The notes below the pieces were generated by a model. That model worked only from the letters and a program-made list of their open reading frames with translations. It did no database searches and was not told the DNA's origin. From Trichosphaerium sp. ATCC 40318 (Eukaryota > Protista > Tubulinea), in contig JALMLS010000369.1 in NCBI GenBank assembly GCA_038496445.1, positions 62,001 through 126,000 of the forward strand: 64,000 bases of DNA, read 5' to 3'. The position numbers and the translations under genes are program-made. Below are positions 14,399 through 28,097 of this stretch, piece after piece; the stretch's first letter is position 1, and every line of letters begins with the position of its first letter.

Positions 14399-14832
14399 AT
14401 AATTTAAACTGACAACACTTAAGTAGCACTTGTTTTTCGAACATATAAAATAAAACCAATTCAGCCTGAAAAGGAAAAACCAACTAGAAGAGCCTGTCTC
14501 ACTTATTAAGAATTACGTAGACAAATGCTGTTTATTGGACGTAGTAATGCCGTCAAAATGTATGCTGTGGTTGAATAGCATGTAGAAAACAAAGTCGTGA
14601 ATCTCAAGGTAAATATGACTTGGCGTTCAATCGTACAAAAAAATTGTAAATCTCCACCATATTTTTTTGTTCAATTACAATTGTGAGTTGGAAGCGACAT
14701 ATCACGATGGAGCAATTTTGTAGAAACAAGTTAACTACCTCTCCTTCTGTTGCTTTCATTCTGCCTCTCTACCTGATTAAGCCGCCTTGTGTTTCAAAAT
14801 AATTCTAACCCCAACACATGTGATCGAGCACA

Positions 14833-17800
14833 ATGCCATCTTCTTTCGGCGACAGAATTAATATTACGCGGAATCTTCGGGTGTATATTGTTGTAGTACT
14901 ACTTTTTGTCGTTACTGTAGTAAAAACCGCTCAAGAAAGAGATGAAAGAGAAGCGCCAGCAGTTATGTACAGTAAGTCAGACAATATCGTACGTTAAACA
15001 CGTGTTGTTTATTTAATTATTTATTTTTTTTTCTAATTGTGTTTTTAAAGCCGAAACAATACGGCCAATTCGGCTTCGAGCATACTTTAGACAGCTTTGT
15101 TGGTGTAACTGGATTAATTATGTACTTTAAAATATCAGATGACTATATCGTTGAAAAGTATGACCACCAAAATGTACGTTAAAAACAACAATACCAATCA
15201 AAAAACAAGTTTGCAAAAACCCGTCACGTGTCGGTAACAAACTAACGAGACGGAATTTTTCTACCTCTTCAAAATACTCAAATACATTTAATTTTGTGCC
15301 AAACGCCACACCTAGCAATGAGGTTTTATGCGTTTAAAAGATGATTTTGTAGTTTTTTTTTGAAATTTCTGGCAAGTCGCTCTTCAAAATCACTTCAAAT
15401 AACCATGCCCTCAATTATATCGCATTGCATACATAGTGAAAGGATATCAAGTGTTCGAGAGGCACACTTAGAACTATAGCTTCTAATCAGTCAGCTTGAT
15501 TAGATGAACACCAACATCTCACATCACTTTTAGAATACTTTGACACAATTTAAAACATGCGATAGTAGCTGTATCAAGCGTGTAAGATCAACTACATTGG
15601 ATTTGGGATTCAACCTACCATACAGAAAGCAATGGAATCCAGGACAAGTCGAAACTCCAAATGTCACAATTACACATCGCTCCGAATTAAATTCAATAAG
15701 AGATGACATTACTTTAAACACGTAATGGTCAACAGTAGATAATTTATGCTCACCTGAATATAGGACTCGGTACTCTAGAGAACCTTATGAAGGCGCTTCT
15801 GGTACTTTTGTAGATGTTAGACACTTGTATTTCGACGGAGAGGATCTTGTAAGGTACGTTGACTTTATAAAGAACTTACCTCTCACCAATTGGTATCAAG
15901 GATTGAACTTTACGACGATACTGTAATTGATTTTGGCATATTTGAGATGGGAACATCTTCCACGGATACTTTACTTGCGGATTGTAGTGATTCACTTTGT
16001 GTTGATACAACAGATCTAATGTTTGGTAAGAGCCACTTACTTTTACTACTTCAACTAACGCTATGTTGTAGTTGTTGATGCTTCTCAAAATGTATTGAAC
16101 TCAAAAATATGCGATGTTGTAGGTGCGTTGGTGCATTTTATTCAGAGAAATAAACTGATAGTGCTAAATAATGTAAGCTTCAATGTGCGTGTCAAATGGT
16201 TTTGGTTTTGGTAGTTTCAATAGATCTTCAGTTGAAGAGTGTTGCGAGAACTTTAATTGGGACTCTTACTTCCAATTCATCATTGATGTGATCGCATCAC
16301 TCAAACTTGGAGAGTTTGGATATCGTACTGGTATTGTGTTGTATCGAGATACAGCTCAAGTTGTACTGCCATTGGGAAGTCATGACAAATCATACTTTCT
16401 TCAACAACTTGAAATCATTCGTACTCTCAATACCATGGGTGGATGTCATGATGTCACAACAGGTATGTGCAATTTATCATGATGAATTTAAGTGTCTTAC
16501 AGTGGTTGCCTAACCGTTAAAATCAAGGTCTTTCTGTTGCACGTGATCATTTCGATACATTTGGAAGAAAAGGACGAAACAACAAGATGATAATTGTCAA
16601 TCAACATCATGGTCCCAAATGTGGTGTATTCGATCCAAATAGTGATATTGGAACTCTCCTTGAATCCGAGGTATTATTGACACTCAACTTTATTTAACCA
16701 TTCTCAAACTTATCTAACCTCGAGGGATTTACAATTCATTCAATCGAAATCGGATCACCAACATCTCAGTCTGAACTGTTGCCACTTCAAAATCTCATCA
16801 ATATTACTTCTTCTCGGGTATTGTCCTCAACCGTTTTGCCAATGATATCAAGTGCCATATGTCCACGTACCTCCCATGTCACCAAATATAAGATCGCTGA
16901 TTCGACATTTAGAAACAAGAAGCTTTTGTGGACCAAGATGCAAAGCAAGATGTACTTGTGAACAAGAATGTACTTGTGATAATACTGACTGCGATGACGG
17001 AAACATATGCACATTGGATAAATGTACAAGTCCAGATGAAGGATGTAAATCTTCACCAAATCCAATCTTTCCTCAAGCAGGAGGTGATAAGATACATTGT
17101 ACGACAGATCTTAACTATAAGCCACGTGATTTATTTGTTACGAATGTGAGCGATTTATTTGTTTACAGGTGGTCACCCAAGCCTTTGTGATAAAAGTAAG
17201 GCTATCACTCGTTCGGTAGAAGGATTATGTTCAGCTCGTACGTATTGATCTTATATTTCCGGTTTGTTTGATAGTCAATTTAGCAAATTTTCGCTGTTCA
17301 TATGTCAATGACGGTCCTGAGTGTATAAGTATCAATGAAATGCAGTGTGAACCTGCTTGTACATCAATAGATGTATGTAACTATTCATACTGTGATATAA
17401 CAACTGGGATGTGTGTTGTTGAAAAGCGGGTACCTGGTTCAATAGCATTTGGTTGTGACGAAGGAAATGGAGATGTAATAAAGTATTGTGATCCAGATGC
17501 AAGAAAAGCAAATGAATTCCCTGGGTGCCAGGATGCTCTCCTCTCAGACGTATGTCATATAAGTTATTTCTTTATAAGTAAATGCATATTAAGTAGTTGT
17601 AGATCTGCTCATCACAGATGCCGTCATGTATGACATATGATCCAAGTGTAACAAGCTGGCATTTGGGTACTTTTGAAATTCCAGAAGCACCAAACCAAAC
17701 ATTCTACAATCCAGAATGTCTCTATGAGCCTGATCCATTATGTTTTGAAACTATCATACCAATCAGTGCGCCTACAACAAGTCCACCAACAACAAGCCCG

Positions 17801-19330
17801 CCAACAACTGCTCCACCAACAACACTTCCACCAACAACACTCCCACCAACAACCGTTCCTCCAACACACACTTGCACCAACAACAGTCGCTCCAGCTCTC
17901 CAAAATACAAGCAGTATCATCATGCCTCCTCAAGGCTCCAACACTGGTATGTATAACCCCGTAAACGAATAATATTCCTATTATATTCTTATTTGTAACT
18001 ACGTAGGTATCATCATAGCAGTGGTTGTTATATTTATTGTCGCTGTACTCAGTTTGATAATTCTCGCTATTTTATTCGTTTGTTGTAGAAACAAAAAAAA
18101 CAAACAAGGAGTTGTTGCTCCACTCAACATTTTGAGCACATCAGAATCTATGTACTCATACAACCGTCAAAATGTAGTTGCTAACTTACACCAAGAAATC
18201 GGTTTATTGATAACACAGGCCCAGAGGGTGTATTGAAGGTAGAGGATTTAGTTTTTGGAAAGAAACTTGGTATGTTATTTGCTTACATAGGTTTTATTGA
18301 CAAGTAATGTTTTCAGGTGAGGGAAGTTTCGGAGCTGTGATGGAAGCAACATACAAAGGAGTCAGAGTTGCAGTGAAAATATCAAGTCTCGGTGCTGAAG
18401 AGAATCAAAACTTTCTCAGAGAGGTACTTAACAACACTTACTTGTTTACATTGCTGCTATTGAATATAATCGTGTATTGCAGGTTGAAGTAAATATGAGT
18501 CTTAAACCTCATCCAAATGTTGTTGGCACTGTTGGACTTTGTATATCTGATGGCCAGCCAATGTTGGTATTGGAGTTTATGGCTAATGGATCACTGGATG
18601 ATCTGTACAAATCAAAAAGTGATGACTTTACATTTGAAGAAACCAAGAAGTTTCTGAGTTCAATCGCATCAGGGATGGCGTTTCTTCATAAAAATAGCAT
18701 CATTCATCGGTATGTCTGGACATCTTAACTTATATCATAATGAAACTGTTTAGGGATCTGGCTTGTAGAAATGTTTTGGTAATTGTTCTGACTTGCACGT
18801 GTTGACACTAACAGCTCAATAGTTATCAGGTGAAGATGTAAAAATAAGTGATTTTGGAATGTCAAGGTATACCTTTGTTATTAGAAAGTACTCAAGCTAA
18901 CAACAACAAGAAAATCAGTATTTTCAGAAAAGGCTCAAGAGACAAAGACAGCTGTTGGACCAATCAGATGGATGAGTCCTGAATCAATGAGAAAATTTTA
19001 TGAATTCAACAGCGATGTAAGTCATTACACCTTCGTGCATTTTCTCTATTTACATTTCACAAGGTTTGGTCATTTGGAATGGTTATTTGGGAAATAATTT
19101 ATCAAACAACTCCATTTGGTAAAGTACCAGACTTGTTTGATCTTGCAGTACGGATAAGGGACGAAGGACAAACACCTGAACTTGATGATCGTGCTCATCC
19201 TCAATGGCAAATAATCATGAAAGAATGTTGGGCGTTTTCTCCTTCTGATCGGCCTTCTTTTAAAGATCTAGAGACAATCATAAATGAATCAACTGAAAAT
19301 GAAAGTGTAACAAGAAATGCAATACTGTAA
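14833..19330 (+). CDS. Receptor tyrosine kinase, copy 2 (tandem paralog) with an apparent +1 frameshift near 17867
   Basis: Same exon and domain order as copy 1, including HR|DLACRNVL and GPIRWMSPES. The reading frame shifts within the PTT repeat (ccaacaCacacttgca). Confidence 0.85.
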
Positions 19331-19481
19331 ATAATTAAATAAATATATTTGCTACAACCAACTCACGTTAACACAACCAAAAGATACAAAAATGGCAAAA
19401 GTAAAGATGAGTTGGAATTATTTATGTAAACGAATAACACTCCTTAACCACTAATGAGAGCTTTTAACGACAGTAAATTTA

Positions 19482-21775
19482 TTAACAAGCAACATCATTA
19501 GCCATGATCAATTTTGCAATATTGTTCGCACTAAACAGGTACTGTAAGATAAAAACGCATATGCATAGACTAGTAATAGGCTTACTTGTGTACAGATCCA
19601 CCCATAGATGTAACAACTGATTCCATCGCATTAATGTTGTACAGGCCCTCTACACAGAGAATAAAAACAAAGAACTTGACGTCAAAAGTCAAAATAAAAC
19701 GGAAACATCCATTAGGTTTTTTTGTTTCTTTCATGGATTATCAAACTCGTTTTTTTATTGCATTGCATTTTGTACCTGCTAAGACAATAGGTTGAAAAGT
19801 TGTGGTTGGTTCTAAACCACAAAAAGCGTAAGGAACATCAATAAGTTGCATTTCGTTTCTGTGGAAAATAAATTAGGATATTGTAGTATGGATCAGCCGT
19901 CAGTTAGGTTAAGTACATTGTAGAAAACATCTCATGTAATGTTTCATTGCTCATAGGTTTATAAGCAAAGACACGTCTGTTGATCAATCCATTCTTTGTT
20001 GTTCCTAAAAGAACACTTAAAAAACTACATTTTAGTTTTTTACCTTCGTAATTTGTGTAAGCCCATGTGAACCCAGCTAAAAATAGAATTATTCTTCGTC
20101 GTGAATTTAAGTTGAGTAGTATTGTTATTACCTTCTTTGATTGTCAGTATATCTACTTCAGCGACTTCTTCAGGAGTTGTGAGACCAAAGAACTTTGGAT
20201 TAAGCAATCCTAAACTCATCAGGGAAAAAAGAAAAAAGTAAGCGAATCTCACCATTAATAACATAGAGATACAGATGAGTAAAATTACGCTGTATAACGT
20301 TCGGCATAGTTATATCTGTGAACTTTATCTTGGCTAAAAAACCCAACAATGTAAGCGACAACATCTTCGAGGGAAAGAAAACTAACCTTGCTCCATTGGT
20401 GCAGCAATTACTACTGCGTCATAAACATCTATGAACACAAAATTAATAAATAAGGTTTGGTTTTATGACAATTTGTACCCTTTCCTCCTTTGCTATCTGT
20501 TACTTGGTATCCAGATGCTGTCTTTGTAATCTCAGTAACTTCAGTTGAAAGCCTATAGCACTTGTAAATTTACATACATTCAACGCTTAGGAAACTATCG
20601 TAAAAAACGTCTTACCTGACTTGAGCCTTTGAAAGTTCCAACAGTTTTGTAACAACTGTAGGCGGATCAATACTAGTGATAGTCTCTAAAGCAGATCCTG
20701 TTGCTGCTACACCAAGCCATGAATTTAAATTAGTAAGCTGTTGCATATACGTTCCTCGGAAAGCTGCTTGAAGCAGTTGCTAGCAAAAAAAAGTTAAGAG
20801 CCTCGTTTGTATTAATTGTCACTCTGCAGTACCTTAAGCTCGGTTGAGGCTATAGTAGAGTCTAGGAAAGACTCTGTAGATTTCGCAACGTAAGACGCCA
20901 TAGACTAGAATAAATTTTAAGTCTGGTAAAAAAATTGAAACACAATTACGTAAGGATTAAGCCAATCTTCCATTGTTTTGAAAGTATCTATGTTTGCATA
21001 CGATTCTGATACTTTCTCTAAAAGTATCTCACTATCCAATAAAAGCTCAGCAGCACCTTTACAAAGTTATTAATACGCGCTCTCGCTTAGTTGACTCAAC
21101 TCACCAAATATACCAATATCAGCAAGATAACTGAGAAGTTGCGTTGCTGTCAGTCCTAAACGAATAATAAGCAATGAAATCTTCTATTGTTAGTGTCACG
21201 TGCTTTTATCTACATAAATCAAGAAGCCTGTTCCATTCCAGACCCCAAACTCAGGTAAAGTTGCCTACAACCAAAAGAATAAGCGCACGGATACCATTTT
21301 GTTTGTCACGTGTTACGTACGGATAATTGTTCGGGCTGAGATTGAGAAACATTTAACTCCTTCAGGAGATTAACCAAGGTTTTTTCGAATGTCGTAACAA
21401 TGCTCGGACCAACTTGAACCTTAAATAGCACCAGTTAGAGTACTGTACGCCAATGCGAGAGGTTTTTTTCGCATCAAAAAAAGTTCAACGTACCTCACGT
21501 CCTGCCAGTACTATTTTATGAGCTCTGCCACCAGTGCGAGTGTTCTTTTCGTAAACAGTTACGTCAGGCGCAGCCGCGACGTCAAAAAGAACGTTAGAAA
21601 ACTTTCAAACGGCAAAACACAAATAAATGATGGATGGCGTACCATCGCACTTGGAGACACTCTTTGATAGAAAATATGAAAGAGAAGAGCCACCAATACC
21701 AGAGCCAACGATAGCTACCTTCTTACAGACTACTACGCAAACGACAAGAGTAAAAATTAACAGGACACGTGACAT
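19482..21775 (-). CDS. Prenylcysteine oxidase/lyase-like flavoprotein
   Basis: Signal peptide, then KKVAIVGSGIGGSSLSYFL and VTVYEKNTRTGGRA; YDAVVIAAP; C-terminal GLYNINAMESVVTSM...SANNIAKLI parallels PCYOX1. Confidence 0.75.
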
Positions 21776-22079
21776 TCCCATACAGAAAAATAAGTATCTT
21801 TTTCTTTAACGAAAAAACTTGAAAGAAAATCAACAAAATGGCCTTACGAAAAAAAACAGACCTTGTTGCCTTACCAAAATTTAGCACATAGCAAACTCAC
21901 CCGCCAACAATTCATGAAACTCAAAAGTGACACTTGCTTTGTTATTTTACAAATGTACAAGTTTTATTTTATTCCTTCTTAACAGAATATCTATCAACTT
22001 CTATGACGACCAAGACATCGATGGCATATAAGAGTACACGGCTCTTAATGCACGTGAAGCAGAATCATAAGGTATCAAA

Positions 22080-25000
22080 TCACTTTTTCATAATCAACCA
22101 AGGTAAATTCATAGGCAAGCTTGGAACGTACGAGAATAGAGTTTTGATAGCATACAGTGACTCTGATTTACCATATTCATGCATCTTATCTGTAATATGT
22201 TGAGAATAATCCTCATAAGCACGTGATATCTCTTGAAGAAATTGCTTAGTGGCCTCCTCTTTGTTTTTACCAGGACGAAATCTAGAGATAATAAAATCTT
22301 CTAGTTCAGCTGTAGTAAAAGCTCCTTCTATTGGTGGTGTTGCTTTAGTTAAAAGAGATAACATAGACATGATAAGAGGAGCATATCTCCGCAAACAGTC
22401 GTATGCCTCAGATACTAATTTCTTAAACATTTGATAGTACTCTCCTTTCTCACCTAAAACAAACCATCAAATCACGTGGGAACCTCAAAAAACCCGAGAA
22501 AATAATACGAAAAAAAAAACCTGAAAAAAAGGAATCGTTTAACTCCCTCTTAGCTAGCAGGCTAAAAATCAACTTTTACTTACCGCCTAATACGTCTACC
22601 ATTTCAGCAGTTATACGCATAGTCTGTGCTAACCCTTTCTTAGGGTCTCTACCAAGGATATAGCCGTAATCAATGTGAAACAAAGTCCCATCTTTTGTAA
22701 CCATTATATTCTCTAAATGTCTATCTCCAACACCAAGAAGGTAAGTAACAACACAATAAGCAGCCATTGATTTTGTAAAACGTGATTTTAAATCATTTAT
22801 AACTGTATCAGGATTTTGTTCATTCAAATAATTCTGAAGTGTTTTTCCATGTTCTTTGTTGATATTAAAGATAGTTATCGAATCCTTAACGAATTCTATC
22901 ATGCCTAAAAAGGTGACATGTTAGTTAATAGCAACCAAAGAAGAGAGAAGTGATAAAAATATACGATAAGGAAACACTCTAGCTCTTGAGATAACTCAAA
23001 CGCAATATGAATGTAAGACCTGTTGACTATAAATCAGCCAGAGCTGAATTAGGTCTCCATTACAGGTCTTGTAAATAAAATACAAAGATTTTACTCACTA
23101 TATAAATATGGTACTTTACAAATAGACAATCGTAAAATAAAGAGCAAGGGAAGCGTTTTCTGAACAAGAAAAAAATCGAGAAGAAAAAATCGTGAAAAAA
23201 AGTTAAACTATTTATCTTTCTTAGTACCTCTATCTGATCCAGTTGCAACAGCTTTATAAGATATAATAGGTAACTCAAGATTTTGTTTTTTCAATAACAA
23301 GTCCATAATACGTATAAGAGATAATATAATTTGATCTGTTCTAATATCTTCTTCCTTAAACATGAACCTTTGTTCAGATACAACTCCAGTGGAATCAGCG
23401 CATTCACAACGCATAAAAACAGGCTTTGTTGCGCTATCCATAACCTTAAGTGATCCCAAATCAAGGTTCACAACTTTAAGGCTTGGTAGAACAGGCAGAG
23501 AGTACTCTTGTTTAGGTCCAGGATTTAGAATACCCTTACGTCTTAAAAGTGTCTCTAGGCGCATTTTTGCTTTTGTTATATCTGATGTACTAGCAACGGC
23601 CTCCAGGCACGATATGAACTTCTAGATAAAATAAAGTGAATATCAAACAAAAACAGGGAAAAAGAAAAAAAAAAGAAAAAAAGAACAAAGTTGTGATACA
23701 AATCAACTCACTAGACTGGACTTTGGATATAATTATCCAAATCAACAGTAGTGGTATTAATAATTGAGTGCTTGCCAGTACACTGGATTAAAAAATCGAC
23801 ACTCAAAGAAATCGACACTCAAAGAAATTCGTAAAACAAAGCAATACACACCTGTCCATTATCGATAGAACGAAAATATGGATTGTCCGTTAGTTCGTGT
23901 CTCAGAGAACCAAGCTTATCCAAGTATTTATTTTGTTCATCTTCCATGATAACATTAAGCGTCCAATAAACATCGCTTGCAATCTCTGCACTAGAATAAC
24001 TCTGCAACCTCAGAAAATTTGATAAAGGTGCACTTTCTGGCTCGTTACCAAGAGCATAAACAAGAGGTAATATATAAGCTTCAATCTCTTGTTTAGGCGC
24101 CTAAACTCAACATTAATACCAATAACACCTCAGTATAACTTACACGACCAATACAGTTTATCAAGTACGTATAAACCTAAATAAAAAACAAAATGTTAAC
24201 AATTTGAAGACTTTGTTTTGTTTTTCAAAACAACTTCGTACCTTTTCGCTCTTTATCTTTATAGGTCCACAAATAAGTTGTATAGCATCACCAATATTTA
24301 TTTGAAATGATTCACGACAACGTCGACAACAAAGAGGATGTCTAAAAAGCTCATGTTAGAGGAATTACCAAAAAAACAAAAAAAACGCGTTTAATACCCT
24401 TTAATCGTTAGCCTTGGTCGCTCCATGAGGTCTTCGACTTCTCCAACCTAATTAATCAGTAAGACCCAAAAAAGAACCCATAGTGAACCACTATACCTGA
24501 ACAGGGTCATCCCAATCAATACTACGCATTAAACAAGATAACCATAAACAATGACCAGCAAAGTAATTTCTGTTTCTCCAAAGTATTTGTTTTTCCTTTT
24601 TTGTAAAAGTATGGCTAGGTAAACTATACTGTAACTCTCGGAACTCGGTAACTATAGAGTTAACAACATAACGCCAATCAGAAGAAACTTGTGAGAACCT
24701 CTGAGTCTCAGCAATATCACATTCTACGTAGAAACATAAGCGCAAAAAAAAAAAGCAAAAAAAACATTGAAAGAAAGTTGTACCAGCGTTTTCGATGATC
24801 AGTTTTATCACTGTGTAGATGTTTGTGTGATACTTATTTACCTTCTCATTACACTGTTTACATACACGCTGTTTCGGCCTCTTATTGCTAGTAGTAGGAG
24901 ATGCATAGCTCATCATTGATGAAGTTAATGAAACAAGAGATTCTTGCATAGATACTTTTATACTAGATGAACGACGTGGTAGTCTTAAAGATGGTGGTAG

Positions 25001-25595
25001 TTCAGCATAGAAGTTGGAGCATTCGTGGCAAAAGCACCTTTAGAAAAAAAACGTGTAAATAATACTTGTAGTGTTTTGAACGCGTGGTAAAGATATCTTA
25101 CCTGCCGCAAACTCTACAATGGTGTCTTTTGAGAGAAAATGTCAGTTGATTTGTTAGAAGGGATAAAAACTTGTCTGTAACGCGTACCGCCGCGTCCATA
25201 CACCAAAGGTGGAGTTACAACCAAAGCAATGTAGAACTTCGTTATCTTCCACCCATTTTTTAGCAGTTCCTGCAGGAAGTGAGATACGTTACAGATACCT
25301 ACTCGTACGCTCGTTTAATTGGCTGAGAAAACGATTTGTAGGTTGGTTCGCTCTCGCGCGAGCGTTGGTATCCTCCAGTACTGATTGGCTAGTACATGAA
25401 TAAGCATTTTGGTGTTTTCAGTTATTTAAACGTAAAAACCGCTAATTCTATGTATTATTCGTACGCCCATAGGTGCTCTGCGTCTGCAACGCGTATAGAC
25501 TTACTAGACTCCGTAACCTACAAGGCATCAACAAACTGTTACAAAGAATGCAATATTACTGTTGAATCAGGTTCGCTGTCTATCGAGTCCAGCAT
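22080..25595 (-). CDS. FYVE-domain phosphatidylinositol 3-kinase (Vps34-like catalytic domain)
   Basis: FYVE: WVEDNEVLHCFGC..R|RHHCRVCG|RCFCHEC..RVCKQC. Kinase: MDSATKP, FKEEDIRTDQ, YCVVTYLLGVGDRHLENIMV..LFHIDYGYILGRDPK. Confidence 0.88.
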
Positions 25596-25826
25596 AAACC
25601 TTTGTGCTGTCGTTTCGGTTGGTAGAATTCTTAAATAGGTATTTGAAACTAAGACGTTATTTGACTATTAATACACGACGTGTCGCATTCTACAACAGAT
25701 TGTACAGCTAAACGTAAAGTGTGTTTATTTTGTGTGACACTTTTTACTAACGGCTTGTAAATGCGGAAATGTCCAAACACAAGTATTCCACGCGTATTGA
25801 TGTTTAATGTGACCTGTAAAGTACGT

Positions 25827-26682
25827 TTACTTGACATTGTGTTTAGCCAACTTTGCAAAAAGAGCTTCTTTGTCTTCTTTTGCAGCATACCAGCATACTG
25901 CCTTCCATCCAAACTTCAAAGCAGCGTCCACATTACTTTGCTTGTTGTCAACGAATGCAACCTATTCACAACACTCTTAGAACAGATGCAAACTATAATT
26001 TACTTCACGAACCTCGCTCTTTTTTAAATCTGTACAATTTTTTCTTAAAGCAGTCATCACTGCTTCGTAGATATCATGAGATGGTTTAGCGCATCCAGCA
26101 GCTTGAGATATAATACACAAATCCTGTAACAAAGTCAATCCTGTCCAAAAAAAAATTACAAAAAAGACCACGTGCGCACCTTTGGAATGATGCTAAATAC
26201 ATCTAACGTCGATTTTTGGGTAGCAACAAAAGTATCAAACCATGTTGTAGCGTGATTACTACAAATGCCAATGGTGTAGCCATTTTTTTTAAGAGTTTTT
26301 GCAACATCCCATGTGTGCTGGTAAAAAAACGTTAACGCTTTTACTACAACGTATTTAACGTACAGAAAATGGTACTAATACGTTGCCAAGCTCTTTTTCT
26401 AGCGTCTCTGTTGACTCTTTTAATTCAGACTCTAAATTATTTAGAGTAATATTACAATGTTGCCACTGTACCTCTACCGCGTATATCATCCCAATACTGT
26501 GATACTGAATAGCCAGGTGTTGTTTTTAGTTTATTCCACAAGTCTTTATTGCGTGAATGCGTGGCAGAGATGTGTTCTCTACGATTTTCAGGGTATTTAC
26601 CCTTTATTCTGTCGAAAACGTCTGGGAATACGTCTGCACCCAACACACCACCAATATCAAATACAACACAACGTACAGCCAT
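25827..26682 (-). CDS. HAD-superfamily hydrolase (subfamily IA, DxGGV type)
   Basis: CVVFDIGGVL, IGICSN, ISQAAGCAKPSHDIY, AFVDNKQSNVDAALKFGW. Confidence 0.85.
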
Positions 26683-26800
26683 AATACTAGTATAAAGAAT
26701 TGCTAAAACAAAGTGTAACGTCCGGCACTGAAAAAGTCAAACGTTAACGTACAACCCTTTGACGTCATTCACTGGATGATATTAAGCTTCGACAAGCGAT

Positions 26801-27864
26801 ATGGAACCTAACGCCGCAATTGTAAGCGGGTACAAATTACCTTCGTTAGAAGATTTTATTAACTTTCGCTCTGACGCTATTAAACCGTGCGAAGAGGTAC
26901 ACTGTACATGCTTAGAAATGATTTACCAACGGTCAAACTAACAACTGTAGAAATGGACCACTAGACACGACAGTGACGCAATTAGAGTGTGGGAAACAAA
27001 AGTACAACTCCCAACGCTGTTTGGAGAATTTCACTTACCTTTCGGTAGGATGGTACCGATACGACCGTACGCGCTCGTATTGTACTTGATGGCGTACCTC
27101 CAGCAGTTTTATACGATGTTCTACACGATCCTGAATACAGAAGCACTTGGGATTCAGCAATGCTAGAATCGAAGTGTATACAGCAAATAAACCCTCATAA
27201 CGCTATATCTTATTATGGCGGCAAGGCACGCTTTAAAAACGATTTTCGATCCATGACCTATCTTAACACTTTGTAGTCTCCTCTTGCGCTGTTGGCCAAC
27301 AGAGACTTTTGCACTTTACGTTCATGGTAACAATTCTTAAATCTCAACTTTTTTTAATGGTCTGCAGGTGGGTTAACAACACTCCAGATGGTCTTGAGTA
27401 TGTTATTATGAATCGCTCAGTACGCCTAAACAACTTTGTGAAAGCACGTTTCTCAGATTTTTACTCACAAGGTCGAAAACACGGATTGTCCAAAGAAGAA
27501 AGGCTTTGTCAGGTAAGAGACACCATGTCCAAATAATTTGTCACTGCTTACATTACGAAGGGCTATATCAAAGCGAACAGGATACTACGTAACTAAGCAT
27601 GGTGAATCATCTACAAAGGTTATTTACATGACAACATTTGAACCAAAAGGTACACGGATTTTGTTTTGAAGATTTTTTGTGCTAATAAGTTTCTTAGGGT
27701 GGTTTCCTAAGTGGGTAGTGACTAAAATATGTGAAATGTACGCTGTAGATATTGTAGAACGTACCACAAATGCATGTCAAAATTATGCGGTTTGGAAAGC
27801 AGAACAAAACACAAAAAAGCCTTGGTTAACACCAGCACCTTATTGGTGGGAAAGTCCTTTGTAA
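26801..27864 (+). CDS. START-domain lipid-transfer protein (STARD10/PCTP-like)
   Basis: VPPAVLYDVLHDPEYRSTWD, SPLALLANRDFCTLRSW, YVIMNRS, EPKG|WFPKWVV, ACQNYAVWK. Confidence 0.85.
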
Positions 27865-28097
27865 ATACTCACAAACATGTACATAAATAAAGTCAGGTAT
27901 AAATAACAGAAACAACTGGAACTGACAATCTTTAACGTTGCATACTCAAGAGCTAACAACAGCCTAAGGCATTTATTGAGATGAATCAAAAGAGTTACAT
28001 GTCTAACAAAGCGCGTCGATAAAATAGTACTAAACAAAGTAGTTATCGAAACAAAAGTGTACATGTCTTGGGTTGCTGCGATAAAAAAGTAAGATCT

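Noticed and set aside
15175-15500. Enlarged intron in RTK copy 2 as a transposon insertion
   Set aside because: No terminal repeats, TSD or coding remnant could be identified by eye.
23793-23828. Direct 16-bp duplication aaatcgacactcaaag x2
   Set aside because: Local slippage duplication inside a PI3K intron, with no element between the copies.
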